Under the pieces are notes generated by a model. The model was not told the origin of the DNA. It saw only the letters and a program-made list of their open reading frames with translations, and ran no database searches. Shown here piece after piece: positions 18,189 to 27,457 of a stretch of DNA of 64,000 nucleotides. The translations under genes were made by a program, and so were the position numbers. Position 1 is the stretch's first letter, and every line of letters starts with the position of its first letter. The stretch is from IMG/VR virus record IMGVR_UViG_3300013104_000001, positions 1 through 64,000 of that record; one strand, 5' to 3'.

Positions 18189-20567
18189 ATGAATTTAAAT
18201 GTGGACTATACAATTTACGTAAATGATACCAAGAAGCTCGTACGCACAATGGTCATTAATTCATTGCAATCAGCTAATATAATTAATGGTCGTATGGACG
18301 GACTCGGGTATGGCCGTGACATATACGATAAGACGACATGGAAGTACTACATGAACATGGCAGGGGTCTACCATGCATCCAATGATGCAATGCAGGTCAA
18401 ATCCCTTGATAACGGACAGCTTATCGATTTCACGCGTGAGAACATGGAAATTCATGTTAGCACTAAACGCTCTTATCAATACGGCACTGACTACTATAAA
18501 GCATTAGTTGCTCAGTACCCTTATCAGATCGCATTGATTAAAGGTATCCTTAATCCCATTGATATTAATGTTGCGATCGAAGCTGATGACTGGCAGATTC
18601 TGTATTACGATCCTTCATTAGTTGAAGAAGGGGAAGATAACCTGATTCCGCGTATTCAGGAATGGATCAACACGTTCACCACTCAATGGCTGTTGCCAGA
18701 CTTCGTCTACTTGACCGAAGACCTGATGCACCAGTTCTATCTGTCATCTATTTATACGTTTGCCCCAGGGATCGCATTAGGCGTGCGTCTGGAGAACATC
18801 AAGACCAATAAAGCACACAGCTTCCATATCTGGTCACATATTCTCTCACACGCTGACCTGGAGCAGTACAAGCCTTATCTGAGTCGGTATCAGATTCTCT
18901 ATCTTTATCGGAACATTGTTTGGCATACCCGTAACCCAGGTGCACAGTATTCCTTCCAGAAGATGATTACTGCGTTCTTGACTGAGCGACGTATTCCATT
19001 GCAGTCTTACGATGCGCGACATAACACATCTAATATCTTAACCGATATCAAACCGCAAGTTGAGTTCAAGCGTGAACTCCTCAACATGCAAGATGCGATC
19101 GCCAACGTGAACTACGTGCGTACAACGCGGGACATCATTGAAGATGAGATTCCGTTAGCGAAGAACAACGTTGATGTCTACGAAGATAAGATTGCGGAAG
19201 TCACTCAAGACATCGCGACACACCGCGCCAGTCTGCTGCCAACCAAAGTCCTTGAATCCAATATGCGCGATCTGTCAGACTCTTTGACATTCCCGCATGC
19301 GCTTACCTTGGTCAATGAATGGGCACGTCTGGCATCCACTGGTATGTACAGTGCTGTCATCAGTACCGTTAACCCTAACACCGGGTTGACGATGACGATG
19401 TCGGTAAAAGATGCGTTTGCACTTTACCTGTACGGCGTATGGATGGGCCACGGCGTACAGTTGGAGACTATCCCGTACTTTGAAGCCAGTATGGTCATGA
19501 AGATCCCCCGTCCTCAGTTTGCTTATCTTAAAGCACAGTACGGTTCGGAGTTCGTTACCGATGATTTCATTAAGTACGCACTGCGCCTGTGCCCAGATAT
19601 CCCAAGCATCATCTCAACCGAAACCTTCTATGCGAAAACGCTAGAGATCAATGAAGCGACACAGTTGCATCGTGATCTGTGGTCTTATCGTAACCACCAC
19701 TACGGTCGGGCAGAAGTTGAAGCGTTAGGGTTTGCTTTCTATCAAGACGTGATGTGTGATTTCAATAGCGGGATGAAATACACAGACTTCTTCGAACAGA
19801 AAGGCTGGGACTTACGTGACTTGCCAAAAGAGGAGTGGGTAACCTTTGCCACGAAGATCTCCTCCATTGCTACCGGTCTTGATACAGCCAGTCAGTTGAA
19901 GCTTGCCGATATTCAAGAAGCCATGCTTGGTATCACCATGCAGTTGTCCAGCTACACCATCCAAGTGATCCGTAAGATCAACGAGGAAGCGGTGATTATG
20001 TTGGATTGGCCGACCCTACGTGGCGGTGACATGAACATGAAGGTGAGTCAGTACTGGCAGTTGCTTGATAACCCAGTGCGACCAATCGATGCCCACATGC
20101 GTGAAGCAAAACGCTATGACCTGGTTAATGAAGTTCCACAAGGTCATAACTCCGTTGAGCGCACTTGGACCTTTACGATTGATGATGGCAACTCATTGAG
20201 CGTCGGTGGTCTTACTCGCAACTACTATCTTGGCGGTGCGCGTATGCGCCTCTGGTCTGATGAAGATGCGGTAAGCGACAATGAGTTTGACATGTCACTT
20301 AAGCAACACGATCTGAACGGTCTTTGGGTTGACCCGATTGGAACCTATCGTCCACCTGTTGACTTTGATGTGATGGACTTGCATGGTTTGTGGACAGACC
20401 CCTTACCGGGTATTGCTCCAATCAAACAGGATCTCAATGGATTGTGGGTAGAGGATTCTTTAAAGAGTACTTTACTTGCTGACCAAGAGATCAGCAGTCT
20501 GTTGGCCGACAATAAAGAGAGTGATCCTAACGGCGTATTGAAAGGATTACGCAGTACCAATTCTTGA
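18189..20567 (+). CDS. virion structural protein, probably baseplate (phiKZ gp128-like)
   Basis: WKYYMNMAGVYH, KAHSFHIWSH, ILYLYRNI motifs; GGAG before ATG 18189. Confidence 0.72.
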   Translation: MNLNVDYTIYVNDTKKLVRTMVINSLQSANIINGRMDGLGYGRDIYDKTTWKYYMNMAGVYHASNDAMQVKSLDNGQLIDFTRENMEIHVSTKRSYQYGTDYYKALVAQYPYQIALIKGILNPIDINVAIEADDWQILYYDPSLVEEGEDNLIPRIQEWINTFTTQWLLPDFVYLTEDLMHQFYLSSIYTFAPGIALGVRLENIKTNKAHSFHIWSHILSHADLEQYKPYLSRYQILYLYRNIVWHTRNPGAQYSFQKMITAFLTERRIPLQSYDARHNTSNILTDIKPQVEFKRELLNMQDAIANVNYVRTTRDIIEDEIPLAKNNVDVYEDKIAEVTQDIATHRASLLPTKVLESNMRDLSDSLTFPHALTLVNEWARLASTGMYSAVISTVNPNTGLTMTMSVKDAFALYLYGVWMGHGVQLETIPYFEASMVMKIPRPQFAYLKAQYGSEFVTDDFIKYALRLCPDIPSIISTETFYAKTLEINEATQLHRDLWSYRNHHYGRAEVEALGFAFYQDVMCDFNSGMKYTDFFEQKGWDLRDLPKEEWVTFATKISSIATGLDTASQLKLADIQEAMLGITMQLSSYTIQVIRKINEEAVIMLDWPTLRGGDMNMKVSQYWQLLDNPVRPIDAHMREAKRYDLVNEVPQGHNSVERTWTFTIDDGNSLSVGGLTRNYYLGGARMRLWSDEDAVSDNEFDMSLKQHDLNGLWVDPIGTYRPPVDFDVMDLHGLWTDPLPGIAPIKQDLNGLWVEDSLKSTLLADQEISSLLADNKESDPNGVLKGLRSTNS

Positions 20568-20575
20568 TCGATCAT

Positions 20576-20597
20576 GAGGGGGCTTGCCTAGCCCCTC
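20576..20597 (+). terminator. intergenic hairpin
   Basis: GAGGGGGC...GCCCCTC stem after the stop at 20567. Confidence 0.45.
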
Positions 20598-20603
20598 AAA
20601 AGT

Positions 20604-20612
20604 AATCCTATG
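20604..20612 (+). promoter_or_regulatory. candidate late promoter AATCCTATG
   Basis: TATG is the phiKZ late-promoter core; related motifs at 6692, 27400, 50264, 58464. Confidence 0.4.
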
Positions 20613-20644
20613 TTTACACCGCCTCTACGCCTAAGGAGAAACAC

Positions 20645-21520
20645 GTGCCTGCACAACAGCCGATTCATGGTGAGGGTGACTATGTTGTAGACGTCTCATT
20701 GAGTTCCCAGCAGTTAGTCTATGGTCTTATCAACCATGATAACGAAACTGACTACACCTCATTGACGTTACGGTTAGGAACCCCGACTGTAAATAACAAT
20801 ATCCAGCATCCTCGTAATACTCGTATCTTTGCCGAGACACGCCCAGGTGCACCAAAGCAAGGTTCGACCTTTTTCTATTATGACCGCATTTCGCTGGCTT
20901 ACTACCTGCAGAACTACCCAGATCTGACTGTTGATTTAACCGACGACATGAAGACCATGCAGGATCTCGTTCCCTGGTTTAATGATAAGTTCGGTTTAGG
21001 GCTGGTCGCCTCTGACGTACGGCCTGATTTAATCAGTCGTGTCCCGAATGCACAGAACCGCTTTGCTATCTCAGCAGGTTCACTGGCTTGGCAAGATTCC
21101 GTTGCCTTCAGAATTGTGCTGGAGCCGGTTGATATCGCAACACTGACTGGTAGCAATGAACTGGATGTTATTAATGTGGTTCAAGAGCATCCGCGCACTT
21201 ATGGTCAGCTCTATGGTTATGCAACACCGACTGCCGATATGAACGCCGTGCTGAAGACATTGCCGTTAGGTGAACTGTCACAGACTAGCGGTTCTAATCT
21301 GGCGTCTGCGTTAAGCACAGCCACTGAAGACTACTGGGCGTTTAATACTGCAGCTTCGATTCGTAACCTGATGGAAGCCGCTGTACGTTTTAATGGTCGT
21401 CCGGCTGATCAGACAGATTACCCAGTGCGCGAAGGTTTCAACCGTATGGTCATCATTGATACGGCTGTGAGCAAATGCCTGGAATTCGAAGGTCCATTAG
21501 TTCTTTACTACGTCGCTTAA
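20645..21520 (+). CDS. virion (baseplate/tail) paralog family protein 1
   Basis: FFYYDRISL motif and C-terminal NL..A.V.FNG...G.L.LYY shared with 21536 and 23274; AAGGAG RBS, GTG start. Confidence 0.75.
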   Translation: MPAQQPIHGEGDYVVDVSLSSQQLVYGLINHDNETDYTSLTLRLGTPTVNNNIQHPRNTRIFAETRPGAPKQGSTFFYYDRISLAYYLQNYPDLTVDLTDDMKTMQDLVPWFNDKFGLGLVASDVRPDLISRVPNAQNRFAISAGSLAWQDSVAFRIVLEPVDIATLTGSNELDVINVVQEHPRTYGQLYGYATPTADMNAVLKTLPLGELSQTSGSNLASALSTATEDYWAFNTAASIRNLMEAAVRFNGRPADQTDYPVREGFNRMVIIDTAVSKCLEFEGPLVLYYVA

Positions 21521-21535
21521 CCGAGGGAGCTCAAT

Positions 21536-22363
21536 ATGCAACTTCAGTATATTTTGCAGAAGACGGTTAACGAAGTTATTGTTAAGCCGTTCAATGCTGC
21601 ATTTGGTACGAATCTTACCGCTGATGATTTTGAGTTAGTTGATGTGGCGCCGGTTGGTTCATCCCTGGACACCGACACACAGGCAACGCTTAAAGTCGTC
21701 AACACTGATTCGGGCTATAAAGGTCAACGCCCTATTCTTTATGACCGCCTGGATGCCACTGAACTATTCTACGGTGTACCCAAGTTCTTCCCGGTTGGGA
21801 GTGCTGAACTTGATCCGTATACGGTAGTTGGTTTGATGGCACAGCGTTACGGGCTGAAGCTTGATATCAACCACATTGCCAAGGTTGAAGTAAAAACAGG
21901 CAAAGCCGTTGTTACGTTCTCTGACAACTCACCGATGATTAAAGGGTCTGTGCAGTTCGACTTCTATGACGAAGCCATTGACTTGGAAGAACTCATCGCT
22001 GATCCTGAGATCGGTGTGCTCGATATGCCTGAGCGTACTGAGAAACCAAACGTGACTTATTACAGCTTCCGTTACGACATGACGTATGTAAAATCGTTCG
22101 TGCCGCAAATGGCAGTTGGTTCACTGGCTACACAAGAACTCGCGGATGCAGTAGCAAACATCACAGGCGACCCTTGGGTGTTGGACACTGCGAGCTCCAC
22201 GGAATTCAACTTAGGCAATGCCGAGCTGGTCTTTAACGGAAGTACTACTGCGGCTAACGCGCAGGGCTACCCAGTTAATAACGACTACGCCATGGTTGCT
22301 TTGTTTAAATTAACAGATTTGTGTAATAACTTTAGTGGTCTGCTAATGGTTAACATGAATTGA
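21536..22363 (+). CDS. virion paralog family protein 2
   Basis: ILYDRLDA, RYGLKL, FNLGNAELVFNG motifs shared with neighbours. Confidence 0.75.
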   Translation: MQLQYILQKTVNEVIVKPFNAAFGTNLTADDFELVDVAPVGSSLDTDTQATLKVVNTDSGYKGQRPILYDRLDATELFYGVPKFFPVGSAELDPYTVVGLMAQRYGLKLDINHIAKVEVKTGKAVVTFSDNSPMIKGSVQFDFYDEAIDLEELIADPEIGVLDMPERTEKPNVTYYSFRYDMTYVKSFVPQMAVGSLATQELADAVANITGDPWVLDTASSTEFNLGNAELVFNGSTTAANAQGYPVNNDYAMVALFKLTDLCNNFSGLLMVNMN

Positions 22364-22385
22364 TCTGTTTGTAAAGGAACGATGA

Positions 22386-23261
22386 ATGAAACGTAATGTC
22401 AGATCACACGCGGGCAACATGCTGCAGGTAGCCCAGATGTTGGGTATTCCACACGTCATCCAGGAACACACGACGCTGAATGAAAAGCTGAGTATCCTGC
22501 CTGATCAGATTCCGCAAACAGGTCGTCCTAACTTACAGTACTTCTGTATTGGTTACGGCGGTCACAAAGGCTTCATGGGTAAGAACAACACTTACCTTTC
22601 TACTTCTATCGATCATTATCCAGACCATGCTGCACTGTACAAGATGTTACCCTTTGTACTGCGTGAGCTCGGTAATGACTTGACTGTTGCACAACGTGAT
22701 AAATATCGCTTACGTGCAATTATCACGCTGGATGATGGTAGCAGATATATTGCTTACTATCTGAAGAAGATCGATCTCACTAATGTTACTGTGCGCTCAC
22801 AGAAGAACGTGCGTGACCCGAACGGTCTGATCACCACCACGGACTATGTACCCGATGCATCGGTACTGAACCCACAGCAACCTGATATCAATACCAACAA
22901 CATCGACCAGGTAGTGACGTCAACGACGTTCCTGTCAGCGAATGCCGAACTGGATATCTCGCTGAACGAACTGGATTGCGCTGAGCTGCTCGATGTCGCA
23001 CGTATCCTGTTCAAAGATGAAGCCTATGCGCTGGTCTCTGAATACGGTCTGGTATCGGGTATTGATGTGCCTGCACAAGGTTCAACCGGCCAAGGCGGCA
23101 CCATTCAGTATACTGAAGTGATTGCAGCTCAGATCGTGGACTTCATGACCAACCGTGGCTCAGGTGCAGACGATGACGATAAAGGCATCACCTGCCTGGT
23201 TAACTACGGCGCGACTGAACCGTTGCTGGCTGACAGCGGTGCGAATGCCACCACTGTTTAA
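22386..23261 (+). CDS. virion structural protein (phiKZ gp139-like)
   Basis: YFCIGYGGH, AALYKMLPFVLR, IAYYLKKID motifs. Confidence 0.7.
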   Translation: MKRNVRSHAGNMLQVAQMLGIPHVIQEHTTLNEKLSILPDQIPQTGRPNLQYFCIGYGGHKGFMGKNNTYLSTSIDHYPDHAALYKMLPFVLRELGNDLTVAQRDKYRLRAIITLDDGSRYIAYYLKKIDLTNVTVRSQKNVRDPNGLITTTDYVPDASVLNPQQPDINTNNIDQVVTSTTFLSANAELDISLNELDCAELLDVARILFKDEAYALVSEYGLVSGIDVPAQGSTGQGGTIQYTEVIAAQIVDFMTNRGSGADDDDKGITCLVNYGATEPLLADSGANATTV

Positions 23262-23273
23262 TAAGAGGGCGAC

Positions 23274-24140
23274 ATGAACATTCTTGGTAAAGACGCACAA
23301 ACCTTGATCAAGGAGTTAGCCGCAGGACACAACAACATCACGTTGGTTCCTGATGCCTCTAAGGTCACCAATTTCCAGAATATCGCCGGTGACGGGGACT
23401 TTGATGCGCAAGCAGATATTGTCCCAGCTAATCCTGATGTTTATTATCGTAAGAAGACCGTCAAGTTTGGTAAGATCGACTTATCTCAGCATTGGCTCAA
23501 TCAACACCTGACCATTCCTTTGCAGTCGAGCTCAACCAGTCACAGCATCCTGCCAGCGCTGATCTCACGCTACGGTTTGCAGTTGACGACTGATGATCTT
23601 TATCTGACAACGGTAGATACCACGGATCCGATCTGGAAATTACAGATCCGGGTTAAGCCAACTTCCTGGACGTATAAAAACACCCTGGATAACATCTACG
23701 TCTATGCAGAAGATCCAACCACTGATTTGGCGTACGTGATTAAACGTACTTCACTGACCGGGTTGAACTATCCGTCTGCAGATACCACGAAGATGCAAGG
23801 CCCGTTATTGAGTTACGGTACTAACTATTCCGTATTCAGTGGGAGCAATGAAGCGCTGCGTAATGAGAAGGTTGGCTACAAGATGGCAATCCCATCTCAA
23901 GACGACTGGTCCATTGCGGATCTGATTTCAGAGTACACTGATATCGAGTGGGGGTTCCGTCAGACAGGTGCTAGCCTTTATAATGCCGAAGTTGTATACA
24001 ACGGCGTGAAGACAAACGTACCGAGTGCGTACAGTCACATTAAAGGCGATGCAACAAACTATCTGATTCTCAAGTTAAGCGGCGTTGGTGATGTCGGTGG
24101 TTACCTGGCAATTGGCTACACGGTTGAAATTGATCCATAG
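23274..24140 (+). CDS. virion paralog family protein 3
   Basis: RYGLQL, LYNAEVVYNG, GGYLAIGY motifs shared with 20645 and 21536. Confidence 0.75.
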   Translation: MNILGKDAQTLIKELAAGHNNITLVPDASKVTNFQNIAGDGDFDAQADIVPANPDVYYRKKTVKFGKIDLSQHWLNQHLTIPLQSSSTSHSILPALISRYGLQLTTDDLYLTTVDTTDPIWKLQIRVKPTSWTYKNTLDNIYVYAEDPTTDLAYVIKRTSLTGLNYPSADTTKMQGPLLSYGTNYSVFSGSNEALRNEKVGYKMAIPSQDDWSIADLISEYTDIEWGFRQTGASLYNAEVVYNGVKTNVPSAYSHIKGDATNYLILKLSGVGDVGGYLAIGYTVEIDP

Positions 24141-24148
24141 TAGTTAAT

Positions 24149-24172
24149 GAGGGGGTCCGCAAGGGCTCCCTT
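24149..24172 (+). terminator. intergenic hairpin
   Basis: GAGGGGGTCC-GCAA-GGGCTCCCTT. Confidence 0.5.
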
Positions 24173-24183
24173 TAGGGAGTTGT

Positions 24184-24789
24184 ATGATGGTGTTTCAAGA
24201 TGGTCGTGACCCCAGTGATTTGTTGTTAGTATCGATCGACCCAGGTACGGACACCATGGGGGTAAGTTTGCTGGGACTGAATCCCCTTACCCTGGAGATG
24301 AACTGGAAAGAATCCTTTACGTTATATGGTTCGTTATTGAACTATCGTTCGGGATATCAGTACGAAGAAGACCGTCAACGTGAAGCACGCATTATGGGGC
24401 TCTCAGAAGCGCTCCTGCGCTACTTTGGAACAGTGCACCCACATGTCGTAGTTTACGAAGATAACTTCCTCAGACACTCTCCACAGGCCTTTAAAGCCCT
24501 CATCCAGGCAGTAGAGGCTATCAAGCGTGCAACGTGGATGTATAATCCTTACATGCCGTTTTATGAAATCTCTCCAATGCAAGCAAAGGGTGCGGTTAAT
24601 GCCATTGCTCCACGTGGACAGAAGCATGATAAGGAGTTAGTGCGTCAGGGACTTATGAAGTCTGAAAAACTAAAGGTTCCGCCGCAAAGTCTTGCCGAAA
24701 TGAGTGAGCATGCTGTCGACTCTGTAGCTATTGGCATTTATGCATTAGACCAGATCTCAGATGCCATTCGTGCAGGCACTTGGAGATAA
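24184..24789 (+). CDS. RuvC-like Holliday junction resolvase
   Basis: SIDPG (catalytic D), VVYED (E), SPMQAKGAV, HAVDSVAIG (D). Confidence 0.85.
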   Translation: MMVFQDGRDPSDLLLVSIDPGTDTMGVSLLGLNPLTLEMNWKESFTLYGSLLNYRSGYQYEEDRQREARIMGLSEALLRYFGTVHPHVVVYEDNFLRHSPQAFKALIQAVEAIKRATWMYNPYMPFYEISPMQAKGAVNAIAPRGQKHDKELVRQGLMKSEKLKVPPQSLAEMSEHAVDSVAIGIYALDQISDAIRAGTWR

Positions 24790-24790
24790 A

Positions 24791-25294
24791 ATGACTACAC
24801 AGAAAAATGATGACGCAATTACGCCAGACATCGATCCATCTGATGTGATCGCGCCAGTTATTCAAACGGTGCACCCGCCAGTTGTAAGGGCGATGATCTT
24901 CTCAGGTGTACTCGCTGTTATTACAACCTGTTTGTGTGCTGCTGCTTTCTTCGCTAACATGACCATTCATGTTTGGCGTAATGGGTCGTGGCCACCGAAC
25001 GTCGGTATTGGTGTTGTGATGATGGTGCTGATTGGTCCGGTGCTGACCGCCTGGCAGTTCATGGGTGTGCGCAAAATCCTAACCTCACTCCTTTCTAATG
25101 AGAATGGATTGGGTTTAGGCGGAATTGCAAAAGAGGTCATTGCTAAACGTTTAGGGTTTGATTATAACCCAACACCACAGCAGCAACCTGTTGCACCTAT
25201 GCCACCGGCACAGCAACCGATTAGCTACCCGGACCCACCGCCAGGCTTTGCTCAGAATGTTCCACCTGTTCCTCCTGGTGAAGACGCACGATGA
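24791..25294 (+). CDS. two-TM membrane protein with Pro/Gln-rich tail; holin candidate
   Basis: Two hydrophobic segments; GGAG RBS; adjacent to the spanin pair. Confidence 0.6.
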   Translation: MTTQKNDDAITPDIDPSDVIAPVIQTVHPPVVRAMIFSGVLAVITTCLCAAAFFANMTIHVWRNGSWPPNVGIGVVMMVLIGPVLTAWQFMGVRKILTSLLSNENGLGLGGIAKEVIAKRLGFDYNPTPQQQPVAPMPPAQQPISYPDPPPGFAQNVPPVPPGEDAR

Positions 25295-25300
25295 TTTAAT

Positions 25301-25354
25301 CGGCATAAAGACAGAGAGCTTCCTTGCGGAGGCCCTCTGTCTTGTTTTATGCCG
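25301..25354. terminator. bidirectional CGGCATAA...TTATGCCG element
   Basis: Long imperfect stem closed by CGGCATAA/TTATGCCG between convergent genes. Confidence 0.8.
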
Positions 25355-25362
25355 TCGGTTAG

Positions 25363-25857
25363 CTATTTCGGTACCCCTGGAGCTGGATTGACTTTCAGAT
25401 CATTTAACCGCTTAATTGCGGCAAGTAACCCATTGACGTAATCCTGCAGACTATTTAGACGACGAGCAGTGTCATCCGATTCTGCACCTAGGTTAAGAAG
25501 AAATCGACTATCTTCGGGTGGGAAATACAAGTAGTCATCATCTTGCGAGAGGATACTTGTTACGTTGGTATTGACTTCTGGTAAAGGTGCACTAACTGCA
25601 GTGGTTACTGAAGCTGCGCCAGCAGGAACACTGGTTGGTGCAACAGCAGGAATATCACCTGAACCAAATCGGTCAATGATACGCTTTTGAACTGTCGGAG
25701 CCGCTGGTCGCATCAGGGGAGCTGGCGGCTCCTGGACTTGCAGTACCGTTTGACCCAGCAACTGGACGGTAGGGGACGACACTGGCGCTTGGCTTTTTGA
25801 CTCGCAACCTGAAAGTACCGTCGCTAACAGCGCCAAGAGCATTGCTGGTATATGCAT
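25363..25857 (-). CDS. outer-membrane lipoprotein spanin (o-spanin, Rz1-like)
   Basis: Lipobox LATVLSG-C after a short signal; Pro-rich mature region; overlaps the upstream gene in another frame. Confidence 0.75.
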   Translation of the reverse strand: MHIPAMLLALLATVLSGCESKSQAPVSSPTVQLLGQTVLQVQEPPAPLMRPAAPTVQKRIIDRFGSGDIPAVAPTSVPAGAASVTTAVSAPLPEVNTNVTSILSQDDDYLYFPPEDSRFLLNLGAESDDTARRLNSLQDYVNGLLAAIKRLNDLKVNPAPGVPK

Positions 25858-26134
25858 CCGCAGCTTGAGTGTCTTTGTCATACGAATCTCCTATCCGCTT
25901 AGTTAGCGCCATCTGTTCTCGCTGGATGTCCCTCGTCTGCTCCCCGAGGACCTTTAGTTCATTCATTTGCGTACCGAGTTGCTTCACGTCTTGTGACAAT
26001 TTCTTTTGCTCTTCGCCCAATACCGCAACCGTAGTTGCTGTAGACCAAAGAAAGTAAATTGCAACGCCGAGCGCTAAGGCAACCACAATGGGCATGAAGT
26101 TTTTTATTAATAACTCTTTCAGCAGTGTAAACAT
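25673..26134 (-). CDS. inner-membrane spanin (i-spanin, Rz-like)
   Basis: N-terminal TM, coiled-coil periplasmic region, G..RLRV motif; overlaps the lipoprotein gene. Confidence 0.75.
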   Translation of the reverse strand: MFTLLKELLIKNFMPIVVALALGVAIYFLWSTATTVAVLGEEQKKLSQDVKQLGTQMNELKVLGEQTRDIQREQMALTKRIGDSYDKDTQAADAYTSNALGAVSDGTFRLRVKKPSASVVPYRPVAGSNGTASPGAASSPDATSGSDSSKAYH

Positions 26135-26143
26135 AACACGATC

Positions 26144-27373
26144 CTAGTAGGTAGATATTTTCAACCACCAAGCTTTGGCATACCGCCAAGGTTTAGGCAT
26201 CAGTGCATAGTCCGTTACAATAACCTCGTTCTTATATTGAACGGAGGTATTGAGTGCTGACCGCCTGCGATGGTGCAAAGTATATAACCGTGAGCGACTC
26301 TCGCCAGGACGTAGCAAAGGCTCCGCCATCACCCCGTTGTTCAACTGAATAGGGATGCGAGTGTTATCGGGCACTGTAAACATACCAGGCCATCTGTGTG
26401 CTTCTAAGGGGATCTGTTCCACTTCTAACAGCGGATTATCAAAGACCACCCAGAAACTGGTAGATAAAAGTAACCAGGCTTTATAGAAGTCATCCTTCTG
26501 GTAATCACCTTTGCTAATCACCCGAGGCGAGTCAGGGTTGATATTAGCCGGAATCGTGGATAGGTCTATGAATTCGCGGTCATAGAAATAGCGGTCGATC
26601 CAGTCAATATGTACCGTAGACAGGCTGACGAGTTTTTCACCGAGAACCGAGATGACATTATCCTGCAGATACAGAATACCCCCGATCACAATCCCTACTT
26701 GTTTGCCCTTGGTATTAAACGGCGGGGCAAGCATAATCGTTTCACGATAAGGGTTGAATTCATCGGATGGTTGTAACTGATCAGCAGTAATACCATAACA
26801 GTTTAGTGTGCTGACATTATGGAACGTCATTACACCGGTTTTCACATCATTACTGACCTTGGCGTTCTTACACGCATCAATCAAGTAAATACCGTCATCA
26901 GATAACGAACTGCGATGAAGATATCCATTGACTGTAAAGAGAGCGCAATTAAACAACTTCGGATAATCCACGCCGTCTTTCATCAAGATCACATCATCGG
27001 AGTCAGCATAAGAAAACTCACGCTTCAATGATGAATCGATGTTAGTTGGTTTCTGAGTAAACCAATACTCATTAACGTTATTGAACAATGCGAACTTCTT
27101 GGTGAGGTTCGGCAGTGTCTCGCTGGTCGTCAGGGCGCGGTTACCAATTGAGGCTAACCATTGCACAATCGTTCCATTGAATGCACTGACTTCATTGTAG
27201 TAATCCTGCAATACCAGGCAGACATTCTTCTTTAAGAAGGGTGATGATAATATGACCCGGTTTTGGCTATAGGTCTGCAATACCGTTTTCAGCAGCATCG
27301 ACGAGATATCGTCATCAACTAATTTCGGGCGCTTGCCCACGGTTTGAGAAATACAGGCAACGTAGTTGTACAT
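26144..27373 (-). CDS. putative virion structural protein
   Basis: 409 aa; CALFTVNGYLH and IVIGGILY motifs of a type seen in phiKZ-like virion blocks. Confidence 0.65.
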   Translation of the reverse strand: MYNYVACISQTVGKRPKLVDDDISSMLLKTVLQTYSQNRVILSSPFLKKNVCLVLQDYYNEVSAFNGTIVQWLASIGNRALTTSETLPNLTKKFALFNNVNEYWFTQKPTNIDSSLKREFSYADSDDVILMKDGVDYPKLFNCALFTVNGYLHRSSLSDDGIYLIDACKNAKVSNDVKTGVMTFHNVSTLNCYGITADQLQPSDEFNPYRETIMLAPPFNTKGKQVGIVIGGILYLQDNVISVLGEKLVSLSTVHIDWIDRYFYDREFIDLSTIPANINPDSPRVISKGDYQKDDFYKAWLLLSTSFWVVFDNPLLEVEQIPLEAHRWPGMFTVPDNTRIPIQLNNGVMAEPLLRPGESRSRLYTLHHRRRSALNTSVQYKNEVIVTDYALMPKPWRYAKAWWLKISTY

Positions 27374-27457
27374 GCGCTCCGCCCTTAGTTTGAAAAATCA
27401 ATCATATGTGTTCATTACTTAATTACACCTAAGCTATAAAATTACTTGGAGACCGAC

